A DNA stretch of 64,000 nt from an uncultured bacterium (GCA_963727525.1 CAVSGO010000006.1:160001-224000), one strand, 5' to 3'; positions 48,436 through 58,200 are shown, counted from the first letter of the stretch. Program-made: numbers and translations. Notes: generated by a model not told the origin, from the sequence alone.

Positions 48436-50703
48436 ATGAAACGGACTTTGACCCTCCTCGTCGGCATCGGTCTGGTACTACTGGCCGCGTCCGCCTCGGC
48501 GCAGCTACGGATCACCGACACGTCGCACTACGTGACCGAGACGCAGATGCTCCTCGCCAACGAGATCAACGAGAGCGGCGAACCCTACGCCGAGGCCCTC
48601 GGCTACGATCTCGATGTGCTCGACCCCATGCAGCCGGGCTTTCCGGATGCGACGGCGTATACGCTCGGCATCGAGAACTACGAGTACTCGCGGTATCAGC
48701 TCGGCGTCGTGATCGCACGGTCGGGAATCGGCTTGCACATGATGTGGTCTCCCGTGATCCGGGCGCAGGCCGCCATGGAGACCGACCCCGGCTTTGACGG
48801 CTCGTTCACCGGTCCGCCGAACGGCTACCGCGAGGATGACGAACTGATGAAGGTGGTCATGCATTTCGGTCAGCTCGCGGACCACGTGCCGCCGACCAAT
48901 GCCTGGCCACAGTTCGGCGAGTTCGTCGAGGGTGATCCGCACTACGCCCAGCCCGTGGACGCCGACGCGTTCACCCACGACTTCGCCACCTTGCGCTGGG
49001 ACCGTTCCCGGATGATCAAGGAGCTCTCGCCGGGAGCCATGGGGCAGACGCTGATGAAACAGTATCTCTGGTCCCAGGACATGCTCAGCGCATTCCACGA
49101 CACCAACGGCGAGGCCGTCGAGGCCGACGGCAGTGTCAGCCCCGACGGCCCGGATGGGGTCTTCGACCCGGACAACGGGATCTTCTACGGGGGTGACGAT
49201 CTCGACGGTTTCGTGGGACAGGTCCTCACGGCCGAGGCCGTCAACAAGGTCAAGAACCTCGTGGACAACCTAGCCTTCGACGGCCGCAATCTCGGGTCGA
49301 TCGACCTCATGACCTACGATCCGGTGGCAGGCCTGCGCTACTTTCCCCATCGCATCGCGGTCGATGAGGAGCCGGTACCGGGGCTGCCGCCGCAGGCGGC
49401 GGACTACGACGTCGTCGATCCGCGCAGCGATCTCTTCGACCAGGCATCGTTGCTCTGGGGCGCCGTCCATTTTGCCGACATGATGAATCCGAACAACTCG
49501 AGCGATGCTGCGCACCTCGCCTACCATGCCGCGTTCGATGGCGATCCGTTTCCCGCAGCAATGAGCGAGACAGGTGTGCCGGGTCCCTTCGACCTCATGA
49601 AGGGCACTGCGAAAGCCGTGTTCCTGAACCTCATGGCGATGCACTTCGACGCCACCGCCGGATCGTTCGTCGACTTCAGCCGCCCCGTCGGGTTCGGCCG
49701 GTCTGATGACGGTGGCGACGATCACGACGACGACGGGATCGTTCGCCACGGCGTGCAGCTGGGCAGCCGCCTGTCCACGGTCGACGCAGCCTATCTTCTG
49801 GTCGCCCTCGATTCGTTCCTCGGTCAGTTCTCAAACACGCCGCTCGCAGCCGCGGCTCGGGACGCCATCGCAGCCCAGGCCGATTTCCTGATCGCGTCGG
49901 TGGACCACCGCAACCTGTATCGCGAGTGGGTGCGAGTCGGTGGCCACGACCGCGGCCAGCGCGGCGCCCCGAGCCTCCTGGCGCAGGCCGCGGCCGTCCG
50001 CGCACTCTACTCGGCCTATGACGCGCTCGGCGACGCCCGGTATCGCGACGCGGCGGACTCGGCCTACACGACCATGGTGGAGACCTACTTCCGCGGCGAC
50101 GCGGGCCTCTTCGCCACCGGTTTCGGCGGTCGCAAGGCGACCTACGATCCGCAGATCATGGCCATCCTCTCCGGTGCCTTGCGCGAAGCGCGCCTGGTGG
50201 GCGACCACGAGGATGCCACCGACATCTACGTGTCACTCTGGAACAACGTGGCGAACACGATGCAACTGGCAGAGGGCGCCAACACCGGCGAGACCGGCGG
50301 CGACTCCGATGGCGACGGCATTCCGTTCATTCCTGAGCAGGCTGAAGATCTGGCCCCCGTGTTCGCTCCGCGCGCGGAGGTCTGGCTCGGAAGCCTCGGC
50401 GGTGGTCACGACGGCGTATCCCCGGCCGGTGCGTCGGGAACCGGTACCGTCCCGATGCTCGCCACCCCCAATCCATTCAATCCCGTCACCGTGATTGCCT
50501 TCGATCTCCCGCAATCCGCGCACGTGACACTCGCCATATACGATGTCCTCGGTCGCGCCGTGCGCCATCTCATCGAGGGTGACCTGCCGTCCGGGGTCCA
50601 CGAGGTCACGTTCCTCGGAGATGACCTCTCATCGGGCGTCTACTATTACGTGCTCGACACGGGAGGGAATCGTCAGGTCGGCAAGATGACACTCGTGAAG
50701 TGA
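48436..50703 (+). CDS. Secreted protein of unknown function with T9SS-like C-terminal domain
   Basis: Signal peptide ending ASA; C-terminal PNPFNP...LAIYDVLGR...LSSGVYYY; alpha-barrel-like segment AYDALGDARYRDAA; RBS AAGGAG. Confidence 0.8.
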   Translation: MKRTLTLLVGIGLVLLAASASAQLRITDTSHYVTETQMLLANEINESGEPYAEALGYDLDVLDPMQPGFPDATAYTLGIENYEYSRYQLGVVIARSGIGLHMMWSPVIRAQAAMETDPGFDGSFTGPPNGYREDDELMKVVMHFGQLADHVPPTNAWPQFGEFVEGDPHYAQPVDADAFTHDFATLRWDRSRMIKELSPGAMGQTLMKQYLWSQDMLSAFHDTNGEAVEADGSVSPDGPDGVFDPDNGIFYGGDDLDGFVGQVLTAEAVNKVKNLVDNLAFDGRNLGSIDLMTYDPVAGLRYFPHRIAVDEEPVPGLPPQAADYDVVDPRSDLFDQASLLWGAVHFADMMNPNNSSDAAHLAYHAAFDGDPFPAAMSETGVPGPFDLMKGTAKAVFLNLMAMHFDATAGSFVDFSRPVGFGRSDDGGDDHDDDGIVRHGVQLGSRLSTVDAAYLLVALDSFLGQFSNTPLAAAARDAIAAQADFLIASVDHRNLYREWVRVGGHDRGQRGAPSLLAQAAAVRALYSAYDALGDARYRDAADSAYTTMVETYFRGDAGLFATGFGGRKATYDPQIMAILSGALREARLVGDHEDATDIYVSLWNNVANTMQLAEGANTGETGGDSDGDGIPFIPEQAEDLAPVFAPRAEVWLGSLGGGHDGVSPAGASGTGTVPMLATPNPFNPVTVIAFDLPQSAHVTLAIYDVLGRAVRHLIEGDLPSGVHEVTFLGDDLSSGVYYYVLDTGGNRQVGKMTLVK

Positions 50704-50720
50704 TATGTCACTTCGCGCCC

Positions 50721-50748
50721 GGGCCGGGAACGACGCAGTTCCCGGCCC
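50721..50748 (+). terminator. Hairpin after the secreted protein gene
   Basis: GGGCCGGGAAC-gacgca-GTTCCCGGCCC perfect 11-bp stem; weak U-tract. Confidence 0.5.
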
Positions 50749-50927
50749 CGTTCGCCGCTGTCAAGAAGCCAATCAGGGAGTGAATGGATACAGTTGATCG
50801 CCGACGGGCCTGGGTCTTGCTTGAACCCCGTCGCGACACGTGAGGGGCGCGCCCACCAGGGTGCGCGTGGCGCCGGGTGTGCCAGGTGACCCAATGGGGT
50901 CGTCCGATAATCAGCCAGGAGCGATCG

Positions 50928-51674
50928 ATGTTTGCCGCAAACAACGGAAGCGACTTCGACTTTCCCGACCTGAACGCACTGCCGACGACCTACGTCGTGG
51001 CATCGACGCCTCGCTCGGGGAGCACCCTGCTCTGCCGTGCCCTGTGGGCGACACGCCACGCCGGTGCTCCCAAGGAATATTTCAACCCGGAACACATGCG
51101 TGACTTTCGGGCACGCTGGGGCCACCTGCCTTTGCCCGAGTATCTCCGCCATCTGTACCGCCATCGATCCTCACCCAACGCGATCTTCGGTGTTAAGGCC
51201 CACTTCCATCAGATCGACCAGCTCTTCCTGAGCCAAGGCTTCGATCTGCACGAGATGCTCCGCGAGCCACGCTACATCCTCATCTCCAGGCGGGACCGCT
51301 TGCGCGCTGCGGTCTCGTGGGTGAAGGCGGAGCAGACAGGCATCTGGAACAGCGAAGCGCCGCGTCCGGCCGCCGTCCACTACGATCACCAGGCCATTGT
51401 GGCGCGCATGGCGAAACTCGAGGCTGACGATCGTGCCTGGCGCGCCTACTTCCGCTGCCGCGGCATCGAACCTCATGCGGTCGACTACGAGGAGTTGACC
51501 GCCGATTACGAGGCTACCGTGCGCGCCGTACTGGACTTCCTGGGCGCCTCCGGCGAGATCGCCGAGATCGCGCCGCCGAGATTGAAGAAACTCGCAGACG
51601 ACGTCAGCGAGGATTGGATCGTGCGCTTCCAGAGCGAGCAAGGCAATTCCGTGGTCCCGGTCGCGACCGGATAG
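50928..51674 (+). CDS. Stf0 family sulfotransferase
   Basis: STPRSGSTLLC, PKEYF, RRDRLRAAVSW.KA.QTG.W, YEEL. Confidence 0.9.
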   Translation: MFAANNGSDFDFPDLNALPTTYVVASTPRSGSTLLCRALWATRHAGAPKEYFNPEHMRDFRARWGHLPLPEYLRHLYRHRSSPNAIFGVKAHFHQIDQLFLSQGFDLHEMLREPRYILISRRDRLRAAVSWVKAEQTGIWNSEAPRPAAVHYDHQAIVARMAKLEADDRAWRAYFRCRGIEPHAVDYEELTADYEATVRAVLDFLGASGEIAEIAPPRLKKLADDVSEDWIVRFQSEQGNSVVPVATG

Positions 51675-51813
51675 CCCTGTCCGTGGCGCCCAGTGACGCT
51701 CTCGACGCGAGATATCGGCGAGACGATGCGCAAGTCCGCGGCTTCGCTCCCGAGCAGGGTCTTGGAGCCGCGCGTCGCGGTGCGACTGATACCGAAAGGT
51801 CCGGCGATCTCGC

Positions 51814-52905
51814 TCAAGTTGACGAGGCGTGCTGTCCCTCCGACAGCGGCGTCAGCTCGGCCCGTAGGCGCGGCAGCGACTGCGGATACTGCTCGCGCAC
51901 GAACGCCACGAGCTTCTCGCGCACGAGGCAGCGGAGGTCCCAGGCCGCGCCCGAGTCGCGGGCGCTGATCAGGGCGCGCATCTGAACCGCGCGCTCGGTG
52001 ACGTCGGTGATCTGGATGCTGGCAACGCGGCCGTCCCAGCGGTCGTCGTCCTTGACGATGCGCTGCAGCTCGGTGCGGATGGCGTCGACGGGCACGGAGT
52101 GGTCGACGTAGAGGTAGATGGTGCCCAGTAGTTCGGCCGAGACACGGGTCCAGTTCTGGAACGGCTTTTCGAGGAAGTAGGTGATCGGCACGATCAGCCG
52201 CCGCTGGTCCCAGATGCGCACCACGACGTAGGTGAGGTTGATCTCCTCGATCCGACCCCACTCGCCCTCGACGATCACGACGTCGTCGATCCGGATGGGT
52301 TCGGTGATCGCGATCTGGATGCCCGCGAAGAGCGTTCCCAGCGACTTCTGGGCTGCGAAGCCGACGATGATGCCGATGATTCCGGCGGAGGCGAGCAGAC
52401 CGCGGCCCAGGCTGCGCACCGTCTCGAAGGTCATGAGAATGAAGGCCAGCGCGAGCAGCCAGGTGAGCGCGATGACGATCTTGCGGGCGATCTCGTATTG
52501 TGTGTGCACCTTGCGCGCGTGCAGGTTGTCGGCCTGCGCGATGTCGTAGCGGGACCGGATCACGTCCTGGCCGACGGCGGTGAAGGCGATCACCAGCCAG
52601 GCTCCGCTCACGATCAGCAGGATCCCGATGACGTGCGCGGCGAAGGCGCCGTAGACTTCCGGGAGTTGCATCAGGGGGAACAGGGCCTCGATGACCAGGA
52701 GCACGATCAGCAGGCGCAGCGGTCCGCGGCAGCGCTTCGCGATCGCGTCGTCCAGCTCCGCGCGCGTGCGGCGGGCGAAGCGCTTGAGTACCGCGAAGGC
52801 GATCGCGTGCAGGATAAAACCGATGACGATCGCCGCGGCCAGCACGATCGCAACGCGCAGGATGGGCTGGCCGTGGGCGAGCACCTGGTCGACGAATCCT
52901 TCCAC
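51814..52905 (-). CDS. MscS mechanosensitive channel family protein
   Basis: GFAAQKSLG, IRIDDVVIVEGEWGRIEEINLTYVVVRIWDQRRLIVP; start GTG after AGGAGA. Confidence 0.92.
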   Translation of the reverse strand: MEGFVDQVLAHGQPILRVAIVLAAAIVIGFILHAIAFAVLKRFARRTRAELDDAIAKRCRGPLRLLIVLLVIEALFPLMQLPEVYGAFAAHVIGILLIVSGAWLVIAFTAVGQDVIRSRYDIAQADNLHARKVHTQYEIARKIVIALTWLLALAFILMTFETVRSLGRGLLASAGIIGIIVGFAAQKSLGTLFAGIQIAITEPIRIDDVVIVEGEWGRIEEINLTYVVVRIWDQRRLIVPITYFLEKPFQNWTRVSAELLGTIYLYVDHSVPVDAIRTELQRIVKDDDRWDGRVASIQITDVTERAVQMRALISARDSGAAWDLRCLVREKLVAFVREQYPQSLPRLRAELTPLSEGQHASST

Positions 52906-53144
52906 GGTCGGGTCTCCTCTCGCAGGAAGCCGTGGTGCCACAGCCCGGGTGTGGCGAGGCCATTATTGATACAAGGTAACCGTAATGGAATTCGTGGTGA
53001 CGGCCAGCCAGCAGGACCGGCTACGGCTCGCTCCTGGTCATGGATATGTCTGAAAAGAAACATCTTATGCTAGGATCGGACCGGAATCCCGGTCATGGCA
53101 GGCAAACGCGAACAGGTTGTATGCCACCTATTTCCAGTCCGACC

Positions 53145-53171
53145 GAACTTCCCGGGTGCGGCGTGCGTCGA
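53145..53171 (+). promoter_or_regulatory. Putative autoregulatory ECF promoter GAACTT-N16-GTCGA
   Basis: sigmaE/SigW-like spacing, 49 nt upstream of the ECF gene start. Confidence 0.55.
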
Positions 53172-53219
53172 TAGGGCTGAGCGGATGATGGCCGGAACGG
53201 CAGCCGACGGGCGAGGGCG

Positions 53220-53798
53220 ATGGACCTGAACCAACTCCTGCATCGCTGTCACGAAGGGGACGAGCTGGCCTGGGAGGCTCTGGTCACCCGGTATCAGGCG
53301 CGCATCTGCAGCCTGGCGTACCACTACGTGGGCAGTGACGAGGAAGCGCTGGACGTGGCGCAGGAGATCTTCGTGAAGGTATGGAAGCAGCTCGACTCCT
53401 GTCGCGAACCCGAACGGTTCGAGGCCTGGCTGATGCGGATCGCGCGCAACGCCTGCCTCGACCACCTGCGCCGTCGCAAGGCGCGGCCGCCGGCCCAGGA
53501 CGTACCGGCGGAGGACATGTTGTCCCTTGCCGACCCCGGCACCCGGCCCGACGACGACTACGAGCAGGACCGGCGCCGCCGGGTGCTCGAGGCCGGGCTG
53601 CAGAGGCTCAGTCTGATCAACCGCGAGATGATCGTCCTGAAGGACATCCAGGGCCTGTCCCTGGAGGAGATTGCCAGCATGCTCGATCTGCCGCTTGGCA
53701 CCGTGAAATCGCGCAGCAGCCGGGCGCGGATCGAGTTGGGCAAGACTGTGGCCGCCCTCACCGGTGGGCCCGGCCCCGACCTGGAGGCCACGACGTGA
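53220..53798 (+). CDS. ECF sigma-70 factor (SigW/RpoE-like)
   Basis: ALDVAQEIF, WLMRIARNACLD, LSLEEIASMLDLPLGTVKSRSSRAR. Confidence 0.93.
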   Translation: MDLNQLLHRCHEGDELAWEALVTRYQARICSLAYHYVGSDEEALDVAQEIFVKVWKQLDSCREPERFEAWLMRIARNACLDHLRRRKARPPAQDVPAEDMLSLADPGTRPDDDYEQDRRRRVLEAGLQRLSLINREMIVLKDIQGLSLEEIASMLDLPLGTVKSRSSRARIELGKTVAALTGGPGPDLEATT

Positions 53799-54496
53799 GC
53801 AGCGACCGCTACGACGGCGCCGATATCACGCGGCGCATCGTGAGGGCCACGAGCGGGTCGGCCTGTAGGCGGGCCGAGGCGCTCCTCGCCAGCCGCACCG
53901 ACAGTGCGCTGGAAGTCTTCGATCTGGCGCTCCTGCGCGGTCACCTGGCGCGCTGCGAGGCGTGCCGGGCGCTGGCCGAGGCGCTCGACTGGTCGTTGCC
54001 GCTGCTGCCCGCGCTCGCCGAGCGCGAGCCGGGTGAGGCGTTCACGGAGGCGGTGCTGGAGCGCACGAGCCGTGCGCCGCAGCGGGCCCTGGTGCCCTGG
54101 CTCGAGCGCGGGACCGTGGCGGCGCAGGAACGCTGGCGGCGGATGTGGCAGCGGCCGCGCTTCGCCCTGGAGGCGGCGTGGGTGGGGGCGTGCGTGGTGG
54201 CGCTCCTGGTGTGGAGTCCGCTGGCGCCGGTTGGCGCGCAGCAGCAGGCGCGGGCCGCGATCCAGGCCGGGGGCACGGCGTTGCCCACCCTGGTGCAGGA
54301 CGCACCGCGACTGGGCGGAGAGCTGGTGGCGCCGCTGGCGTCGCCCGCCGGCAAGATCGAGGTGGAGCTGGACACCACCGTCCAGGGGTTGCGGGAGCGG
54401 GCTTCGCATGTCGCGGCCCGCGGCCACAGCCTCTGGCAGAGCATCCTCGGTGGCGGCCAGCATGACGATGAGGGCGGGGCGGACGCCGGCCGCTAG
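53795..54496 (+). CDS. Membrane-anchored zf-HC2 anti-sigma factor
   Basis: C...HLARCEAC plus TM segment; GTGA overlap with the sigma stop codon. Confidence 0.82.
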   Translation: MSSDRYDGADITRRIVRATSGSACRRAEALLASRTDSALEVFDLALLRGHLARCEACRALAEALDWSLPLLPALAEREPGEAFTEAVLERTSRAPQRALVPWLERGTVAAQERWRRMWQRPRFALEAAWVGACVVALLVWSPLAPVGAQQQARAAIQAGGTALPTLVQDAPRLGGELVAPLASPAGKIEVELDTTVQGLRERASHVAARGHSLWQSILGGGQHDDEGGADAGR

Positions 54497-54550
54497 CCGG
54501 CCCCCCCTCGCCGAGCAGCGCGGCGTGGCCGCGGCAAAAGGAGCAAGACC

Positions 54551-55141
54551 ATGGATCACGACAACCGTCAGTACGAGCCGCGGATCGAGAATCCGGACAC
54601 GCGGTCTCAGCCGAACTACGAGGCGCCGCGCCGTCGCGACCTGCCGTACAAGGTGCCCTTCCTGGCCGGACTGCTGTCGGGCATCCTGCCGGGGCTGGGC
54701 CAGGTGTACGTGGGATACCTGCAGATCGGCATCACCCTGGGCCTGATCATCGCCGGGTGCATCACCGTCCTGTCCAGCGGGGGCGGCGGCGGGGTGGAGC
54801 CGCTCTTCGGACTGACGCTGGCCTTCACCTGGCTCTTCGGCATCATCGACGCGGTGCGTCGGGCCGGAGCCTACAACCGCTACCTGGATGGGTTCGGCAG
54901 CGACGCGCCCCCGCCTGAACTGGCCACGCCCGGCTGGGCTGGCAGCCGCGCCGGCGGCGTGGTGCTGATCGTCCTGGGTGGCCTGCTCACGCTGAACAGG
55001 CTCTTCGATATCGATCTCGAGTGGCTTGAGAACGTGTGGCCGCTGGGGCTGGTGGGGCTGGGCGTATGGCTGGTGTGGAAGTCGCGCCAGGACAAGGCGA
55101 CCGGTCCGGACACGGCCGACCACGACCGCATGGGGCATTGA
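54551..55141 (+). CDS. Membrane protein (TM2-like plus LiaF-like TM region)
   Basis: LSGILPGLGQVYVG; GGVVLIVLG..L.L; WPLGLVGLG. Confidence 0.7.
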   Translation: MDHDNRQYEPRIENPDTRSQPNYEAPRRRDLPYKVPFLAGLLSGILPGLGQVYVGYLQIGITLGLIIAGCITVLSSGGGGGVEPLFGLTLAFTWLFGIIDAVRRAGAYNRYLDGFGSDAPPPELATPGWAGSRAGGVVLIVLGGLLTLNRLFDIDLEWLENVWPLGLVGLGVWLVWKSRQDKATGPDTADHDRMGH

Positions 55142-55251
55142 TAGCCGAAATCTTCTCAATCGACGGGCGGCCCGACCGATACAGCCGGTGAGGGCCGCCC
55201 GCCTCGCGTTCTGGCGGCGGCCATGGGTTTGCGCCGAGGAGGCGGTCGTTC

Positions 55252-56274
55252 GTGGAGCAGCGGCCAAGCAAGATCCTGATCGTCGACGACTCGAACCTGG
55301 ACCTGCGGGTCCATGCGGCGACGCTGCATGCCAAGGGGTACGAGATCGTCACGGCCACCAGTGGCGAGGAAGCGCTGCTGCTGGTCGAGGTGACGGTGCC
55401 TGATCTCTTCCTCATTGCCGCCAAGATGCAGAACATGGACGGCTTCACGCTCTGCGAGCGCCTCAAGGAAGACGCCCGCATGATCAACGTGCCGGTGGTC
55501 TTCATCACGGCCGATCCCACACCCGAGGACATCGATCGCGGCTACGCGGCCGGCGGCGTGGATTACATCGCCAAGCCCTGTCACCTGAGCGAGTTCCTCG
55601 CGCGCGTGTCCACCCACATCCGGCTCTACCAGGCCTTGCAGGACGTGGCGCGTCTCCAGGACCAGGCGATGGACAAGAACCCGCTCACGCACCTGCCGGG
55701 CAACAACTCCATCCTCGCGCAGATCCAGGAGGCCATCGACTCCCGCGCGGCCCGGACCGTGATCTACGCCGACCTCGACAACTTCAAGGCCTACAACGAC
55801 TACTTCGGCTTCTCGGCGGGCGACGACATGCTGCTCTTCACGGCCGAGACACTGCAGACGGCGATTCGCCTCGTGTGCAAAGGCGAAGAATTCCTCGGCC
55901 ACATCGGCGGCGACGACTTCGTGGTCATGGTCGACGACGACGTGGCGCCGCAGCTCGCGACGGAGATCGTGCGGCTCTTCGACGCCGGCGCGCCCAACTT
56001 CTATCGAGATGCCGACATCGCGCGCGGTTACATTGAGAGCACCGACCGCACAGGCGCCATTGCGCGCTTCCCGATCGTCTCGCTATCGATGGGCGGCGTG
56101 CAGTTGCGTTCGCACAACTTCACGCGCTTCCTCGAGGTGGCCAGCGTATGCGCCGAGGTGAAACACATGGCCAAGGCCATTCCCGGCAGTAATATCTTCA
56201 TGGATCGCCGCGGCCTCTCCGACGCCCTCATCGATCTTCCGCGGCCGACGTCGACTCACACCTCCGACGACTAG
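55252..56274 (+). CDS. REC-GGDEF diguanylate cyclase-like response regulator
   Basis: ILIVDD, FITA, DYIAKP; NPLTHLPGN, DLDNFKAYNDYFG..GD, GGDDF. Confidence 0.9.
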   Translation: MEQRPSKILIVDDSNLDLRVHAATLHAKGYEIVTATSGEEALLLVEVTVPDLFLIAAKMQNMDGFTLCERLKEDARMINVPVVFITADPTPEDIDRGYAAGGVDYIAKPCHLSEFLARVSTHIRLYQALQDVARLQDQAMDKNPLTHLPGNNSILAQIQEAIDSRAARTVIYADLDNFKAYNDYFGFSAGDDMLLFTAETLQTAIRLVCKGEEFLGHIGGDDFVVMVDDDVAPQLATEIVRLFDAGAPNFYRDADIARGYIESTDRTGAIARFPIVSLSMGGVQLRSHNFTRFLEVASVCAEVKHMAKAIPGSNIFMDRRGLSDALIDLPRPTSTHTSDD

Positions 56275-57662
56275 TCTCCAAGCGCCGCCAGGATGTCCCG
56301 CCCCAGTGCCGTGAGCGACGGGTCGCGCGCGCCCATGACCATGACGAGGTCGCCTTCGCGAGCCTCCGCCGCGACGGCGGCCGGCAACTGTGCCCGGTCG
56401 CTGACGAAGCGGGCGTCGCGGTCCTTCGCCCGGATCGCGCCCACGAGGTCCGCGCTGCTGATGTCGCGGGTGACGGTGCCGCCCGCGTAGTAGATCTCCG
56501 GCAACCAGAGCACGTCCTGCGGCTGCAGGGAGGTTGCCAGTGCATCGACCAGGTCGTGGCGCAGGAAGCGGGTGGGGCCAAAGCCGTGGGGCTGGAAGAT
56601 GGCGAGCACGCGCGAGTCGGGGCGGGCGAGGCGCGCGTGGGCCGCGGCGAGGGCGGCGGTGAGCTTGTCGGGGTTGTGGGCGAAGTCGTCGATCACCTCC
56701 ACGCCACGGGTGTGACCGAGCGACTGGAAGCGGCGGACCACCCCCGCGAAGCCGGCCAGCGGCTCGATCATGGCGTCCAGCGCGACGCCTGCCGCGCGGC
56801 ACGCCGCGATCGCCGCGGCCGCATTGCGCACGTCATGCCGGCCCGGGGTGGGCACGGAGAAGCGCACGCCCTGCACGGTGAAGGCGCTGCCGCGCGGACC
56901 GCTGGCGAGCGCCTCGGCGCGCACGTCGCAATGCGCGCCGAGGCCGAATGTGACGGCGCCGGTGCGCAGGGCATCGAGCCGCGAGCCCTCGCCCACGATC
57001 AGCGGCCCGGTGACGTTGGCCTTGAAGACGTCGAACATTGCAGCCACGTCCTCGGGTTCCTTGTGGTCCCGTCCGAGGTTGAGCACCACACCACACCACG
57101 GGTGGTAACGCACCACCGATCCGTCGCTCTCGTCGGCCTCGATCACGAGCCAGGGTGTCGGGCCGCCGTCGCCGTCGCCGCCCCAGGCGTTGCCGAGGTA
57201 GCCGTCGCGCTGCAGGGCCACCAGTGCGCCGCCGGTGAGCAGGCGCGGGTCGTGGCCGCAGCCGCGCAGGACCGTGAAGATCATGGCCGTCACCGTCGAC
57301 TTGCCGCTGGTACCGGTGACGGCGATGGTGCGGTGCTCCTGCACGAAGCGCGCGAGCAGTTCGCTGCGATGGAGCACGGCGATCCCGAGGGCGCGGGCGG
57401 CGCGGACGTCGAGGATGGTGCCCTCCACCGCGGTGGAGACGACGACGGCGTCGCAATCGTGGGTGATGGCGTTGCCGTCCTGGGGCACGATGATCACGCC
57501 CGCGGCCTCGAGGGCGCGGCGGATCTCCTCGCGCTCGCCTCGGTCGAAGGCGCGGTCGCTGCCGGTGGCGCGGCCGCCGCGGCCGGCATGGAACAGCGCC
57601 AGCGCGCTCATGCCGCTGCCGCCGACGCCGACGAAGTGGAGCCAGGGTTCAGGCGATGACAA
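56271..57662 (-). CDS. Mur ligase, MurC/Mpl-like
   Basis: HFVGVGGSGMSALA, GTSGKST, EADESDG, DDFAHNP, IFQPH. Confidence 0.85.
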   Translation of the reverse strand: MSSPEPWLHFVGVGGSGMSALALFHAGRGGRATGSDRAFDRGEREEIRRALEAAGVIIVPQDGNAITHDCDAVVVSTAVEGTILDVRAARALGIAVLHRSELLARFVQEHRTIAVTGTSGKSTVTAMIFTVLRGCGHDPRLLTGGALVALQRDGYLGNAWGGDGDGGPTPWLVIEADESDGSVVRYHPWCGVVLNLGRDHKEPEDVAAMFDVFKANVTGPLIVGEGSRLDALRTGAVTFGLGAHCDVRAEALASGPRGSAFTVQGVRFSVPTPGRHDVRNAAAAIAACRAAGVALDAMIEPLAGFAGVVRRFQSLGHTRGVEVIDDFAHNPDKLTAALAAAHARLARPDSRVLAIFQPHGFGPTRFLRHDLVDALATSLQPQDVLWLPEIYYAGGTVTRDISSADLVGAIRAKDRDARFVSDRAQLPAAVAAEAREGDLVMVMGARDPSLTALGRDILAALGD

Positions 57663-58200
57663 CGGGGTCTCCCTCCTCGACCCGGACGAAGAGCGCCTCG
57701 ATGTCGGCGCTGCGCAGACGGATGCAGCCGCCGCTCATGGGCCGGCCCAGGTCGGACTCGTGGTTGGTGCCGTGCAGGTAGATGAATCGCGTTCGAGAGT
57801 CGACGCCGGTCCCGCGGTTGATGCCATCCTCGCAACCATCGAGGGTGAGAATGCGCGTGAGGATGAGATCGCCGTCGTTTCGCGTGCCGGGGCGCCAAAC
57901 CTCGCCGGTGGGCTCGCGCGACTCGAAAACCGCGAAGCGCGGCGCGTCGGCGCCGATGCGACGGGCGATGTGGTGAAGGCCCGGGGGCGTGCCGCCGCTG
58001 CCCTCGCGCGCGTCGACGCCGGCCCGCGCGGTGCTGCAGGGCCAGCGCCCGGCCGCCGCGCCATCGCGCACCAGGGTCACCGTCTGGCTGGCGACGTCGA
58101 CCAGCAGCCAGCGGGCCGGCGCGCGTCCGAGGCGGTCGGCGAGTATCGCCGCGTGGGCTGCCACCTGGGCCGCCGTGGGGGTATGAGCTGGCTCTTGCAT
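57649..58200 (-). CDS. L,D-transpeptidase (YkuD) family protein
   Basis: GGTPPGLH, IYLHGT...SGGCIRL. Confidence 0.88.
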   Translation of the reverse strand: MQEPAHTPTAAQVAAHAAILADRLGRAPARWLLVDVASQTVTLVRDGAAAGRWPCSTARAGVDAREGSGGTPPGLHHIARRIGADAPRFAVFESREPTGEVWRPGTRNDGDLILTRILTLDGCEDGINRGTGVDSRTRFIYLHGTNHESDLGRPMSGGCIRLRSADIEALFVRVEEGDPVVIA

